Positions 27,482 through 37,699 are shown, numbered from the stretch's first letter. The stretch is 64,000 nt of DNA from an uncultured Candidatus Bathyarchaeia archaeon (GCA_964618695.1 CAZUDX010000004.1:162736-226735); one strand, 5' to 3'. Numbers and translations are program-made. The notes: generated from the letters alone by a model not told the origin.

Positions 27482-28165
27482 TTGATACCAATGCGAGCCA
27501 AACACGCTGTCATTTTTTTGTTGTTAACGATTATATTTGCTCTCGGCGCTGATCCTGTGGTTGGAAAAGAGAAAGCACCGAATTTCTCGTTATTTAGCAT
27601 TAATGGAGAACAATTCAGTCTATCTGATTATCGGGGGAAGGTTGTTATCTTAGACTTCTTCGCCACATGGTGCGGTCCGTGCATACTCGAAATCGAACAT
27701 CTTAAAGGTCTCTACGATGAGTATTCACCAGACCAACTTGTCATCTTGTCCATAAGTGTAGATCCATACAGTGATACCGTTCAAGACCTCAAAAATTTCG
27801 CTCAACAAAATGAGATGACATGGACAGTAGCTCTTGATACAAACGACGTTGCCTACAAATATGAGGTGTCACCTATACCGCATTTAGTCATAGTTGACGC
27901 TGAAGGTTACAAAAGGCACAGTCACATTGGGCTAACGGGAGAGTCAAAGTTAAGCTCAGAAATAGATTCTCTACTTTCGGAAAACGTAAACAGTGACCCC
28001 AACAGTAATCCTGACACAAAGCAAACCGAACCACCCTACACTCTAATAGCTGCCATAGGCGTAGGCGCCATAGTATTCCTAGTTGTTGGCATAGTCGTAG
28101 CAAGAAAACGGTTAGGGCGGTCAAAACCTGCTAAAAGCCGTCACTCCCGAAAGCGCAAGCGCTAA
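27482..28165 (+). CDS. TlpA/ResA-like thiol-disulfide oxidoreductase, membrane anchored
   Basis: SLSDYRGKVVILDFFATWCGPC; signal peptide and C-terminal TM. Confidence 0.9.
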   Translation: MIPMRAKHAVIFLLLTIIFALGADPVVGKEKAPNFSLFSINGEQFSLSDYRGKVVILDFFATWCGPCILEIEHLKGLYDEYSPDQLVILSISVDPYSDTVQDLKNFAQQNEMTWTVALDTNDVAYKYEVSPIPHLVIVDAEGYKRHSHIGLTGESKLSSEIDSLLSENVNSDPNSNPDTKQTEPPYTLIAAIGVGAIVFLVVGIVVARKRLGRSKPAKSRHSRKRKR

Positions 28166-28204
28166 AAACGCCTTCTACCCTATATTATTCATCTGTTCTG
28201 TGAG

Positions 28205-28690
28205 GTGTTTATTGTGACTGTTTTCAAGTTGCCGAAAATGACTAAACAGGAAATGTGGAAGCTGATTCGGAGGCAGCGGCTGTGCCGTATCGCCTTCAAG
28301 GGAGACGATTACCCGTACATGGCTCCATTCCAGTATATTGTATTGGATGATACGTTGTATTTTCACTTCACGGATTACGGCACGAAAATGAAGCTGATAG
28401 AAAACGACAAACGTGTCTGCGTCGAAATCGAAGAATACAGGGAAGACCTGAGCGAATACAGCTTCATCGTCCTACGGGGCACCCTAAAAGTCGTCACCGA
28501 CCCCCAGGAAAGAGCCAAGGCACTGCAGAAACTTGCAGAAGAGGGAGAACAGAAGCTATCCCCGAACTTTCTTCCCGCACACGGCTTCCGAAAAGAAGAC
28601 GGCTGGAACTCACTAACTCCAGAAAACCCTTCCCTAGTAGCCATCAAACTCGAGAACATAACCCAAGAAATCGGACTGAAATCTCCGTGA
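28205..28690 (+). CDS. Pyridoxamine 5'-phosphate oxidase family (NimA-like) flavin-binding protein
   Basis: CRIAF....PYMAP..Y....LYFH...G.KM..I....RVCVEI. Confidence 0.85.
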   Translation: MFIVTVFKLPKMTKQEMWKLIRRQRLCRIAFKGDDYPYMAPFQYIVLDDTLYFHFTDYGTKMKLIENDKRVCVEIEEYREDLSEYSFIVLRGTLKVVTDPQERAKALQKLAEEGEQKLSPNFLPAHGFRKEDGWNSLTPENPSLVAIKLENITQEIGLKSP

Positions 28691-28753
28691 ATTGCTGGAG
28701 CTGTGGACAAAAAAAGAAAGAGGTTGCTTCAGTTTCCTGAAGCTTGTTTATTG

Positions 28754-29578
28754 TTAGAATGGCGCAAATACTCCGATGAACACTAGCCATGCTAGGATTG
28801 ATTTTGCCACGAAGCTGAGTATGATGTAGACTCTTTCGCCGTACAGGTAGTCTCTCCAGCGTCCAACGCCCTTGTACTGTAGAACCATGTTGACTGCGAA
28901 GATGTTGAACATGAAGAAGTAGATGAGCAATATCATGTAAACAAACGTCGGTACTTCAGAGTTAACAGAGTTGATAGCTGCTATGAAGTATGCGTAGAGC
29001 ACAACCCATGGTGTGAATCCAGAGATGCTTCCTAGAATGAAGGCTGACCAGCTTGTTTTCTCCGTTTTCTGGTTTATGACTTCCATGAGGTAACCGAACA
29101 TTATCATCATTGCATTCAACACGAAAATCATGACCAGCGACCAGAAATCCCAGACGCTCAAGAACAAGGCAATCAGCACAATCATTATGGAGCTAGAGAA
29201 AACATATTCGTACCATCGGTATGGATTCATGCCTTTTTTCAGATACTCGTTATACTGTTTATTCTTAACGAATGCAATAATGAAATGAGCTAATGCAGAA
29301 ATCAGCGGGAAAGATGCCACAATAATTCCCAAGTATCCTATTGTGAACAAGATCTGTGGGTCTGGATTTATTTCTATTTGAAATGGTGGGCCTTCAATTA
29401 TTGTGAATTTTGGATAGAAAGTGTAAATGCTACGTTCCCACTCAAGTTGAGTTCCCAACACCAACATCAATAATCCTTGGATAAGATGCAAAACACCAGC
29501 AGCAATGTTGAAGCGTTTCAGGTAGCTGAAAGAAATCGGCGACTCTGCTATAATCCTTTTTCTTTCTTCAGAATTCAT
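28754..29578 (-). CDS. Heliorhodopsin
   Basis: N-terminal LKRFN..AGVLHLIQG, NPYRWYEY..SSSIM, and GERVYIILSFVAKSILAW with the retinal-binding Lys (SxxxK). Confidence 0.93.
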   Translation of the reverse strand: MNSEERKRIIAESPISFSYLKRFNIAAGVLHLIQGLLMLVLGTQLEWERSIYTFYPKFTIIEGPPFQIEINPDPQILFTIGYLGIIVASFPLISALAHFIIAFVKNKQYNEYLKKGMNPYRWYEYVFSSSIMIVLIALFLSVWDFWSLVMIFVLNAMMIMFGYLMEVINQKTEKTSWSAFILGSISGFTPWVVLYAYFIAAINSVNSEVPTFVYMILLIYFFMFNIFAVNMVLQYKGVGRWRDYLYGERVYIILSFVAKSILAWLVFIGVFAPF

Positions 29579-29675
29579 GATATATAGTACAGCGGAGAAA
29601 ATTTAAGGTTTCCGTGCCTTCAAAAATCAATCAACATTACTGAAGAATCATAAAAAAGGGGGAGAAAAAAGTCTC

Positions 29676-30107
29676 CTATTTTGGCATTAACACTGAATCG
29701 ATTGCGTGAATTACTCCATTGGTGGCTTCAATGTCGGTTTTTACGGTTTTGGCGTTGTTCACTTTCACGTATTTGCTAATGTGCCACATCAATCCGTCAA
29801 TTTTGATTTCTTGACCCTGAACGGTCTTAACTGTCTTGGTTCTCTTGAAGTCAACAATCATCAGTTTTCCAGGTACCACATGATACGTGAGAATTGAAGT
29901 CAGTTTCTTCTTATCTTTTAGCAAGGCATCAATTGTTCCAGCTGGCAGCTTGGCGAAAGCTTCATTGGTTGGAGCAAAAACAGTGAACGGTCCTTTACCC
30001 CTTAGTGTTTTCACAAGACCTGCTGCTGTAACGGCTTTGCAAAGGGTTGTGAAAGAATCCGATGCTAGTGCAGTGTCAACAATATCTTTAATCTTAATCA
30101 CCTCCAA
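29676..30107 (-). CDS. Fasciclin (FAS1) domain protein without signal peptide
   Basis: [39 protein letters not shown]. Confidence 0.93.
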   Translation of the reverse strand: MEVIKIKDIVDTALASDSFTTLCKAVTAAGLVKTLRGKGPFTVFAPTNEAFAKLPAGTIDALLKDKKKLTSILTYHVVPGKLMIVDFKRTKTVKTVQGQEIKIDGLMWHISKYVKVNNAKTVKTDIEATNGVIHAIDSVLMPK

Positions 30108-30315
30108 GTTTTTCTAAAAGAGAGGCATAATTTGGATGATTTCCTGAGCCTCTGTTTGCCTCTTAACGAATTAAATATTTATGTTCACGGTTTACACGTG
30201 AACACACTGTCTTGCATGGTACACAAGCAGGAGTTTCCTTTTTTATCGCAACAACAAATCTGATTAAAGGTCTTTTCATTACTCAACTAACTTAAATGCT
30301 ATTTTACCCATTATT

Positions 30316-31395
30316 TTGGGGGCGACATTGCCAGAAGCACCCTGCTTAAAGGTTCAAAAGAACTTAGGTGAAAAAGCCATTCGTCTAGTCAACGAGCTTA
30401 ACCTTTTTAACCGCGAATTGAAGGTCCAACAAGTTGACGACCACCTATGCATACCTTTACCCAGTGAACCACTCCCAGTCGTTCTCAAGGAATTTACGAA
30501 TAAACTAAAAAATTTCGAAATCTCAGTCCATGACTTTCCTAAGCGGACTAAACCCCCTCCCAAACTTCTTGATTTCCTCGCAGACAAACTGCCTCCTCAT
30601 CTCTTAGAGAGTGTTCCCCGAGCCATCGATTTCGTAGGCGACATCGCCATCATCGAGATTCCCTCAGAACTTGCAGACCACAAAAAGACAGTTGGCAAAG
30701 CTATACTGAGGGCTCATAAGCAGACACGCACGGTCTTGGCGAAGTCAGGGGCTGTTGAAGGAGTTTACCGTGTAAGAGACTTTGAAGTGATAGCAGGAGT
30801 TGAAAAGACGGCTACTGTCCACAGGGAATACGGTTGCGCATACCACGTGGACGTTGCCAAAGCCTACTTCTCCCCCAGACTCTCCAGTGAACACAACCGA
30901 GTTGCCTCACAGGTGCAAGAAGGAGAAACTGTGGTTGACTTGTTCGCCGGAGTCGGTCCCTTCGCAATTCAGATCGCAAAGAAGCATGAAAACGTGAAGA
31001 TTTACGCTGTTGATGTTAATCCAGACGCCATAGCACTGCTGAAAAGAAATGTTGCTTTGAACCGTGTCGAAACACAGGTTGTGCCGACTCTTGGCAACGC
31101 TAGAAAAGTTGTGAATGATCAGTTGATGGGTGTCGCAGATCGTGTAATCATGAACCTGCCAGAAACGGCGATAGAATACGTTGATGTGGCTTGTGATGCC
31201 CTCAGGATGGAAGGCGGTATTATGCATTATTATGAGTTCACAAGAGTTTCAGATTCACTGGAAACAGCTAAAGTTCGGTTGACCGAAGCCGTGAGCCGCA
31301 ACAACCGAAAATTAAAGAAAATCCTCTTGGCGAAGACTGTTCGAGAGGTTGCCCCTTACACTTGGCAGGTGGTTGTGGACGCTGAAATTCAATAA
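30316..31395 (+). CDS. trm5: tRNA (guanine-37-N1) methyltransferase Trm5 family
   Basis: VGDIAI, VEGVYRVR, AYFSPRL, DLFAGVGPF, VIMNLP. Confidence 0.88.
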   Translation: MGATLPEAPCLKVQKNLGEKAIRLVNELNLFNRELKVQQVDDHLCIPLPSEPLPVVLKEFTNKLKNFEISVHDFPKRTKPPPKLLDFLADKLPPHLLESVPRAIDFVGDIAIIEIPSELADHKKTVGKAILRAHKQTRTVLAKSGAVEGVYRVRDFEVIAGVEKTATVHREYGCAYHVDVAKAYFSPRLSSEHNRVASQVQEGETVVDLFAGVGPFAIQIAKKHENVKIYAVDVNPDAIALLKRNVALNRVETQVVPTLGNARKVVNDQLMGVADRVIMNLPETAIEYVDVACDALRMEGGIMHYYEFTRVSDSLETAKVRLTEAVSRNNRKLKKILLAKTVREVAPYTWQVVVDAEIQ

Positions 31396-31820
31396 TTCTC
31401 CACGACAAGCGTGACCGTAACAGCTTGATTAGAATCTTTCAGTTTTTCAACAAATTTTCTTGAAAAGTCGCTGGCAGCCTTGTCAGCTGATATTGCCAAC
31501 GTTCGACCACATACGTAACTGCTCTTTCTAACAACCAGATCCGTTGGATGAACAAATGTTAACTGAGGGCTTCCTTTAGCCTTCACAACCTCTTTCAGTT
31601 CGTCTGCTGCGATTGTTATGGTTATTCGTGCACTTTCTTTTCTTGCGGCTTCTTTGAAGTCAGTTGGCAAGTCGGCTGCACCTTTTGTTGCTTTCACGGC
31701 TATTATACAGTCTCCTTGCTTGGTGAGAGTTGCTTCCTTTGTGAACTCGAAGGTTGTCTTGTGGGTTCCAAGTACGTTTTCGTGCCCGTGTGCAGAAAAG
31801 ACAACAGTTAAAGATGCCAT
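31389..31820 (-). CDS. DUF371 family protein
   Basis: GHENVLGTHKTTFEFTKE..LT..GDCII, DLVVRKS, ADKAA.D. Confidence 0.9.
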   Translation of the reverse strand: MASLTVVFSAHGHENVLGTHKTTFEFTKEATLTKQGDCIIAVKATKGAADLPTDFKEAARKESARITITIAADELKEVVKAKGSPQLTFVHPTDLVVRKSSYVCGRTLAISADKAASDFSRKFVEKLKDSNQAVTVTLVVENY

Positions 31821-31879
31821 ACTATGACAAAATGCCGTATCCTTCAGATATTACTTTAGCCTTCATAATATCATGTATG

Positions 31880-32839
31880 TTATTCGAGAACTTCTATGGA
31901 GTCAACCTTTCCATCGCCGTCCAAGTCAAATCCCTGAATCACAGCAGCGAATTTTTCTTCGCTGAACTTCTTTAAGGTCTTCTCCCAGAATTTCGTGAGG
32001 GCCAATACACAAGCTTTTGTTCCCACTGCCTTGTTGCCGGCGAGAACGATAACCCTCTTTTCTTTGTTCCAAGGGTTAGGTATTCTCGCTATTAGCCCTA
32101 TGTTGTCAGCGGTGTAGACTTTTTTGGTTTTTTCTGAGACTAAGCCTCCCAAAAGGAACCCGTGTTCAGAGGGCATCATGTTAAAACGTATAGGCAAAAA
32201 TTCGTTGAACTCTTGGGTAATCAAGTTGGTCCCAGGTCCACCTACCAAGATCAAGTTGTTGCTTTCCTCCTTCTCAGCCTTCACGTCAACATCCAGCTTG
32301 ATCAAAAAATCTTCCGGTAAATCCACGAACTGGCCCAGAAACAGGGTTAAATATGCAACATAATGTCCGTCTCTGGCTTTGGCTTTGAATGGTCCGTGAG
32401 GGTCGGGGCTTCCAACTACGATTTTTCCGTCAAAAATGCCGTCTTTGATTAGAGGAGATAGGAAATGTTTCATTTTTTCATTTATGTTGGTGGCTGGGAA
32501 ACTGTTGATCTTTTGGTAACCGTAGGGGAGTTCTACTCCCATTGCTGGAAAAACGGCTTTATAGTATTTTGCAACTGCTCCCTTCTTTTCTTCTTCTCTA
32601 ACGACTTTTACTACGCCAGCTTTGGTCAGCTTTCTGATGTGATAGTAGACTTTCTGCTCGTGCATTTCCAGTTTCCTAGCGACCTCCATGGGGTACATTT
32701 CTTTTTCGCTCAGGAGTTGCAGAATCTTCCAGCTGAGTTTGTTCAATATAGATTTGAGTCTCTCGGGGTCCTCAAAAACCGCTATGTCCTTAGCCATTAG
32801 TTGTCTTTTTTCACCGCTGAGTAAGCGTTTCTTTTTCAT
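31880..32839 (-). CDS. ArsR-like HTH transcriptional regulator with C-terminal domain
   Basis: YPMEVARKL..HEQKVYYHIRKL HTH; IVVGSPDPHG, NLILVGGPGTN; start trimmed to ATG 32839. Confidence 0.82.
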   Translation of the reverse strand: MKKKRLLSGEKRQLMAKDIAVFEDPERLKSILNKLSWKILQLLSEKEMYPMEVARKLEMHEQKVYYHIRKLTKAGVVKVVREEEKKGAVAKYYKAVFPAMGVELPYGYQKINSFPATNINEKMKHFLSPLIKDGIFDGKIVVGSPDPHGPFKAKARDGHYVAYLTLFLGQFVDLPEDFLIKLDVDVKAEKEESNNLILVGGPGTNLITQEFNEFLPIRFNMMPSEHGFLLGGLVSEKTKKVYTADNIGLIARIPNPWNKEKRVIVLAGNKAVGTKACVLALTKFWEKTLKKFSEEKFAAVIQGFDLDGDGKVDSIEVLE

Positions 32840-33077
32840 GCTTGCAACTATAACAGGTTCTCTTATAAATATTATTTTAATGGTTGGTGACTGCGACGTC
32901 TCATGGTGCGCTGAAATATAAATCCATACAATAGCCTCATATTTTTTGTTTGTGAGTTTTAAAGAACTTATTTGTATTCCAAATTCATGAACGTGTAACT
33001 CAGACAAATTGCTATGATTTGCTTAGAGGTTAATTTTATTAGACACCTCTATTGTAGAAAAAAATGGAAGGATAAAT

Positions 33078-33389
33078 CTGGCACTCAGCGAGTCAATTAC
33101 ACCAATCCTTTTTCAGATATGCATAGGCGGAATCGGCGGATTTTTCATAGGGTACGCTATTAGGAAATTCTTCAAAATAGCCTTGATTCTCGTGGCTATT
33201 GTCTTCCTTCTGATAGTTATGGCATATACAAACGTAATCAACGTAAATTACGGGGAGCTATCCGATATGACGACAGGATTTGTTAGCACCATTAACCCGG
33301 CGTTAAGCCTTCTCGCTCCTCTCTTAGCTCACATTCCTTTCATAGTCAGTCTTATCTTCGGCTTTATTATTGGGTTCAAAAGGGATTAA
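33078..33389 (+). CDS. FUN14 family membrane protein (apparent CTG start)
   Basis: In-frame upstream extension gives PILFQICIGGIGGFFIGYAIRK...INVNY...GFIIGFKR. Confidence 0.8.
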   Translation: MALSESITPILFQICIGGIGGFFIGYAIRKFFKIALILVAIVFLLIVMAYTNVINVNYGELSDMTTGFVSTINPALSLLAPLLAHIPFIVSLIFGFIIGFKRD

Positions 33390-33445
33390 CTGCTATCCCG
33401 GTGTTTGATACACCTAGCCCAGAATTCACAACTGTTTTGTAGCCG

Positions 33446-33784
33446 CTAAATTGGCAGGTCTTTTCTGATGTATTTCTGCATCTCTTGCCAGATGGCTTTA
33501 ATGTCTGAAACTTTTCCAACTATGGGCTCCATCTTCTTGCTTAAAGTTTCGATGCGCAAAACACCCTTTTTTCTCATGGTGCCTCTTTCACTATACTGCA
33601 TTGTCCGAATATCTTCTAGTCTCTCCGCGATGATTCTGTCTTTTTTGAATAGAACTCCCCGTCGTCTATAAAGCAGAATCCTCTGGTCGGTTATGTAGAA
33701 GAAAAATTGATCGTTGAGAGTTCTAACTTTGCCGCTCTGGAACACCACTGCTTCTCCGGGGTAAAGGAAGTCTGTAAGAACCAA
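33446..33784 (-). CDS. Bacterial-type PH-domain-like protein
   Basis: L.PGE......FYITDQRILLY...GVLF......L.DI..M. Confidence 0.7.
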   Translation of the reverse strand: MVLTDFLYPGEAVVFQSGKVRTLNDQFFFYITDQRILLYRRRGVLFKKDRIIAERLEDIRTMQYSERGTMRKKGVLRIETLSKKMEPIVGKVSDIKAIWQEMQKYIRKDLPI

Positions 33785-34069
33785 TCTGCTCTCCGTCTTC
33801 TTGTTGAGTTTCTATATTCATATTTTTTGCGGTATAAATATGCGACAAAGTCGGGTGTGTGAAACCACATAAACCACTATAAACAATTTTTTAATAGTCC
33901 ATCTTCATTGCAACCAAAGCTTCATGGAAACCATTCCGATTTCCCTTTTAATTCTAAAACAAGATTCCTAAAAATGCTTATAGACGCCTTTCTAATCTAC
34001 TTAAGCCCTCATAGACTGAGGTTACAGTCTACACTGTTAACTTAAAACCAAAAAAATGAGGGATAAAAG

Positions 34070-35893
34070 ATGTGTGGCATATTTGGATGCATCCTAAAAA
34101 GAGGCAAGGTTGCACCGACAATTCGCGGAGGCTTAAAGAAACTTGAGTATCGAGGCTACGATTCAGTCGGAATCGCAACACTTGAAGGAAAACACCTTTT
34201 CGTAACAAAGGATAGCGGAAAAATTGACGAGGTTCATGAAGTACATAACCTTGACGCTCTTCCTGGCAGATTGGGGATAGGTCATACGCGGTGGGCGACA
34301 CACGGTGCCCCCTACCAGGAGAACGCCCATCCCCATACAGACTGTAAAAACCAGATTGCTGTGGTTCACAATGGAATTATAGAAAATTTTGCAGAAATCA
34401 AGACTGAACTTGAAGAGCTTGGGCATAAGTTCAGTTCAAAAACTGACACTGAGGTTATTCCACACCTGATTGAAGAAAAGTTGAAAGGAGGCGTGTCTCT
34501 CGTCGAGGCTGTTCGCGAGACTGTGAAACGGTTAGACGGCTCTTATGCCATCGCTGTCATCTCTGTTGAAGAACCTGACAAGCTTGTTTGCGCCAGAAAA
34601 GAAAGTCCACTTGTTCTCGGAGTAGCCAAAGACAGCTTCTACGTTGCATCAGACATTCCCGCTTTTCTCTCCAAAACAAACAAGTCTGTCATCGTTGAGG
34701 ACGGAGAGCTTGTTGTTTTAAGTGATGCAGGATACGAAATCCGAAACATCCTTGATTGGAAACAGGTCCCTAGAGAGCCTGAGGTTATAGATTGGGCTCC
34801 TGAGATGGCTGAGAAACAGGGTTATCCACACTTCATGCTGAAGGAGATTCACGAACAACCTTTGCGTTTGAGAAACACCCTCAGATTACAGGACCAATAC
34901 TTGGAGTTGATGACCACCTTCTTAGATCGAGCAGGAGAAGTTTTCTTGGTGGCTTGCGGCACCTCCTACCACGCCTGCTTGGCAGCGTCTTATATGTTCT
35001 CGAAAGTGGCTTTCTTGGCAACTCATCCTGTTGTGGCTTCAGAGTTCGTTGAACAACATGGCAAATCAGTGAATATCGACAGCACCCTTCTGGTTGTCAG
35101 CCAATCCGGAGAGACCGCTGACACCTTAGCAGCAGTTGAAAGCGCTAGGCTACGCGCAGCCACGGTTCTGGGGCTCACAAATCTTGTCGGCTCCACTTTG
35201 ACCCGTGTTGCCCGAGTTTACATATCTCAGCAGTCGGGTCCAGAGATTGGAGTTGCAGCCACGAAAACCTTTACTTCTCAGCTTTCTGTGCTCTCTCAAC
35301 TCGCTTTAAGGCTTGCTAAGAAGCGGGGAAAGATTTCTCATGTTGAAATCGAGGATCTTGAGGAGAAGCTTGAGCAAATGCCAGATATTGTCGAGAAAGT
35401 TATCCAAAGTCAAGAAGAGAAGGTAAAACAGTTAGCCTCGAAATATCGTGGTAAGAAGTGTTTCTTCTTTTTGGGACGCGGAATAAGTTCAGCTGTGGCT
35501 CTTGAGGGTAGACTGAAACTCATGGAAATCTCTTATCTTCCTTCCATAGCTTATCCTGCAGGAGAAAGCAAGCATGGTCCTATCAGTTTAATCGAACCGG
35601 GATTTCCTGTGATTTTCATATGTCCAAAGGATGGCACGCATAGAACAATAATTGGGAACATTATGGAGATGAAGGCTCGCGGCGCCTCCATAATCGTTGT
35701 TGTTGAAAAGGGAGATGAGGAGATAAAAAAGTTGGCTGACGATTACATCGAGATTGACACTGGCTTGCCTGAAGTTCTGTCTCCAATACCTTTTGTTATT
35801 CCGTTGCAACTCTTCGCCTACTACATGGCAATCGAGCGAGACTGCGATCCTGACATGCCCCGAAACCTAGCTAAATCCGTTACTGTGAAGTAA
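34070..35893 (+). CDS. glmS: Glutamine-fructose-6-phosphate aminotransferase
   Basis: MCGIFG, LEYRGYDS, GHTRWATHG, SQSGETADT, PRNLAKSVTV. Confidence 0.97.
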   Translation: MCGIFGCILKRGKVAPTIRGGLKKLEYRGYDSVGIATLEGKHLFVTKDSGKIDEVHEVHNLDALPGRLGIGHTRWATHGAPYQENAHPHTDCKNQIAVVHNGIIENFAEIKTELEELGHKFSSKTDTEVIPHLIEEKLKGGVSLVEAVRETVKRLDGSYAIAVISVEEPDKLVCARKESPLVLGVAKDSFYVASDIPAFLSKTNKSVIVEDGELVVLSDAGYEIRNILDWKQVPREPEVIDWAPEMAEKQGYPHFMLKEIHEQPLRLRNTLRLQDQYLELMTTFLDRAGEVFLVACGTSYHACLAASYMFSKVAFLATHPVVASEFVEQHGKSVNIDSTLLVVSQSGETADTLAAVESARLRAATVLGLTNLVGSTLTRVARVYISQQSGPEIGVAATKTFTSQLSVLSQLALRLAKKRGKISHVEIEDLEEKLEQMPDIVEKVIQSQEEKVKQLASKYRGKKCFFFLGRGISSAVALEGRLKLMEISYLPSIAYPAGESKHGPISLIEPGFPVIFICPKDGTHRTIIGNIMEMKARGASIIVVVEKGDEEIKKLADDYIEIDTGLPEVLSPIPFVIPLQLFAYYMAIERDCDPDMPRNLAKSVTVK

Positions 35894-35987
35894 GTAACCC
35901 GATCAGAAAAGACTAACTTACCGATTTAGCGGGTCAAAAGACTTAACAGAATCGATAATTCAAAGGTCATTGGAGGATGTTGGATAA

Positions 35988-36620
35988 ATGAAGGCCGCTG
36001 GCCTCTTTTCTGGTGGCAAAGATTCCCTCTATGCCGTATATCTCGCTGAAAGGCAAGGTGTCAATGTTGAGTATCTGGTAAGTTTGGTTCCCAGTCTTCC
36101 TACCCCCTCTCCTCATGGGGAGAATATGGAAGCTTTAAAGATATTAGCGAAATCCATTGGCAAAGATCACATAATCATAGATTTCAAAAGAGAAGGAGCA
36201 TTTGTTGAGGCCCTCAAAAGCCTTGAAGTTGATGCTTTGGTGGCGGGCGACATCCATGTTGAAGCCCACCTTAAAGGTCTTGAGGATGTCTGTGCCAAAG
36301 TTGGCTTGAAGCTGCTTGAACCCATTTACGGAAGAGATACGACAGAGCTTTTTCATGAAATATTTGATTTAGGGTTCAAGGCTTTGATTACGGGAGTGAA
36401 TTTGAAATTTTTGGGGGAAGAGTGGCTGGGATTCACAATCAGTAAAGAGACGGGTGAGACTTTTCTGTCGAAGATTGGAAGTGCTGATCCGTTGGGTGAG
36501 AACGGGGAGTTTCATACGCTGGTTCTTGAATGTCCACTTTATTCAAAATCCTTTAGGGTGCAGTCTGCGGAGAGGAAGGCTGCGAAGGGTATGGCTTATC
36601 TCAATGTGTCAATTGTGTAA
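35988..36620 (+). CDS. Diphthine-ammonia ligase/DUF71 PP-loop ATPase family
   Basis: FSGGKDS PP-loop, AGDI, DPLGENGEFHTLV. Confidence 0.85.
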   Translation: MKAAGLFSGGKDSLYAVYLAERQGVNVEYLVSLVPSLPTPSPHGENMEALKILAKSIGKDHIIIDFKREGAFVEALKSLEVDALVAGDIHVEAHLKGLEDVCAKVGLKLLEPIYGRDTTELFHEIFDLGFKALITGVNLKFLGEEWLGFTISKETGETFLSKIGSADPLGENGEFHTLVLECPLYSKSFRVQSAERKAAKGMAYLNVSIV

Positions 36621-36704
36621 ACTTCTTTCTGGCTGGATTAATTATCTGTGAATTTTTTCTGGTATGCATGGTTGCCTTTTTTTCGGAAGTTTTATATATT
36701 TGAT

Positions 36705-36721
36705 GGATGGATTATCCATCC
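36705..36721. promoter_or_regulatory. Palindromic operator candidate for the cobalamin uptake operon
   Basis: GGATGGAT-T-ATCCATCC immediately downstream of TTTATATA (36691-98) and 18 nt before the btuF start. Confidence 0.55.
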
Positions 36722-36739
36722 TAGAAAGGTGTTGATCGA

Positions 36740-37699
36740 TTGAAAAAAACTACAACATACATCTTAGTAATATTGGTTGGTGTTGCCTTAGTTGCTGCAG
36801 CTTACGGTTATACCACATATTTTGCAGAAACTGACGAATTCCAAGGAGGAGACCTTGTTGACGACATGGGCTACTCGTTGAATTTAACTTCGCCTCCCGA
36901 ACGAATAGTGTCATTGGCACCCAGCAACACTGAGATTCTGTTTGCTATAGGAGCTGGCGACAAAGTTGTCGGAGTTACAAATTTCTGTAGTTATCCTTAT
37001 AATTTTACGGCATGGATAGAAGCAGGCAATATGAGTAGCATAGGAAGTTATAATAATCCATCGGTAGAACCAATCGTTGCACTTAGCCCTGACCTCGTTT
37101 TTGCCACCCAAAGAAGCTTGGAAGCCACTGACAGCCTACGAAACCTCGGATATAATGTCCTAGTGTTAGAGCCAGGGACCATGGAAGAGGTTCTTCAGGA
37201 CATACTCTTAGTGGGAAGAGCAACTGATCGATATAATGAAGCCGTTGCACTCGAAAGTGAACTCAGACAGAGAATGGACGAGGTATCCAACCAAGCAGCA
37301 ACTGCAACTTCCAAGCCGAAAGTATACAATGAGATTTGGGCTGAACCTCTCATGAGCGCGGGTCCAGACACATTTATCGATGAACTGATAACGTTGGCAG
37401 GTGGAGAAAACGTTTTTCACGACGCAACTACACGGTGGGCAGCTGTAAGCTCCGAGTCTGTTATAGAAAAGAATCCTGACGTTATGGTGTTTCCTGACAA
37501 GTATATGGGTAGAGCACACTTCACCGAAACTATGGAGGATGTAACGAACAGACCAGGATGGGACTTAATTAGCGCGGTTCAGAACGGTGCAATTTACGAG
37601 ATCGATTCAGACATTATCTCCAGAGCTGGTCCAAGACTTGCCGACGCATTAGAAATTCTAGCGAAGATGATTCATCCAGAAATCTTTGGACAACCCTAA
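36740..37699 (+). CDS. btuF: Cobalamin ABC transporter substrate-binding protein
   Basis: PERIVSLAPSNTEILFAIG, PDLV, FIDELI..AGG.N, SRAGPRL; corrinoid genes nearby. Confidence 0.82.
   Translation: MKKTTTYILVILVGVALVAAAYGYTTYFAETDEFQGGDLVDDMGYSLNLTSPPERIVSLAPSNTEILFAIGAGDKVVGVTNFCSYPYNFTAWIEAGNMSSIGSYNNPSVEPIVALSPDLVFATQRSLEATDSLRNLGYNVLVLEPGTMEEVLQDILLVGRATDRYNEAVALESELRQRMDEVSNQAATATSKPKVYNEIWAEPLMSAGPDTFIDELITLAGGENVFHDATTRWAAVSSESVIEKNPDVMVFPDKYMGRAHFTETMEDVTNRPGWDLISAVQNGAIYEIDSDIISRAGPRLADALEILAKMIHPEIFGQP

Noticed and set aside
26420-30300. Possible island integrated at tRNA-Lys
   Set aside because: No duplicated tRNA 3' end or integrase was found downstream, so it cannot be called a mobile element.
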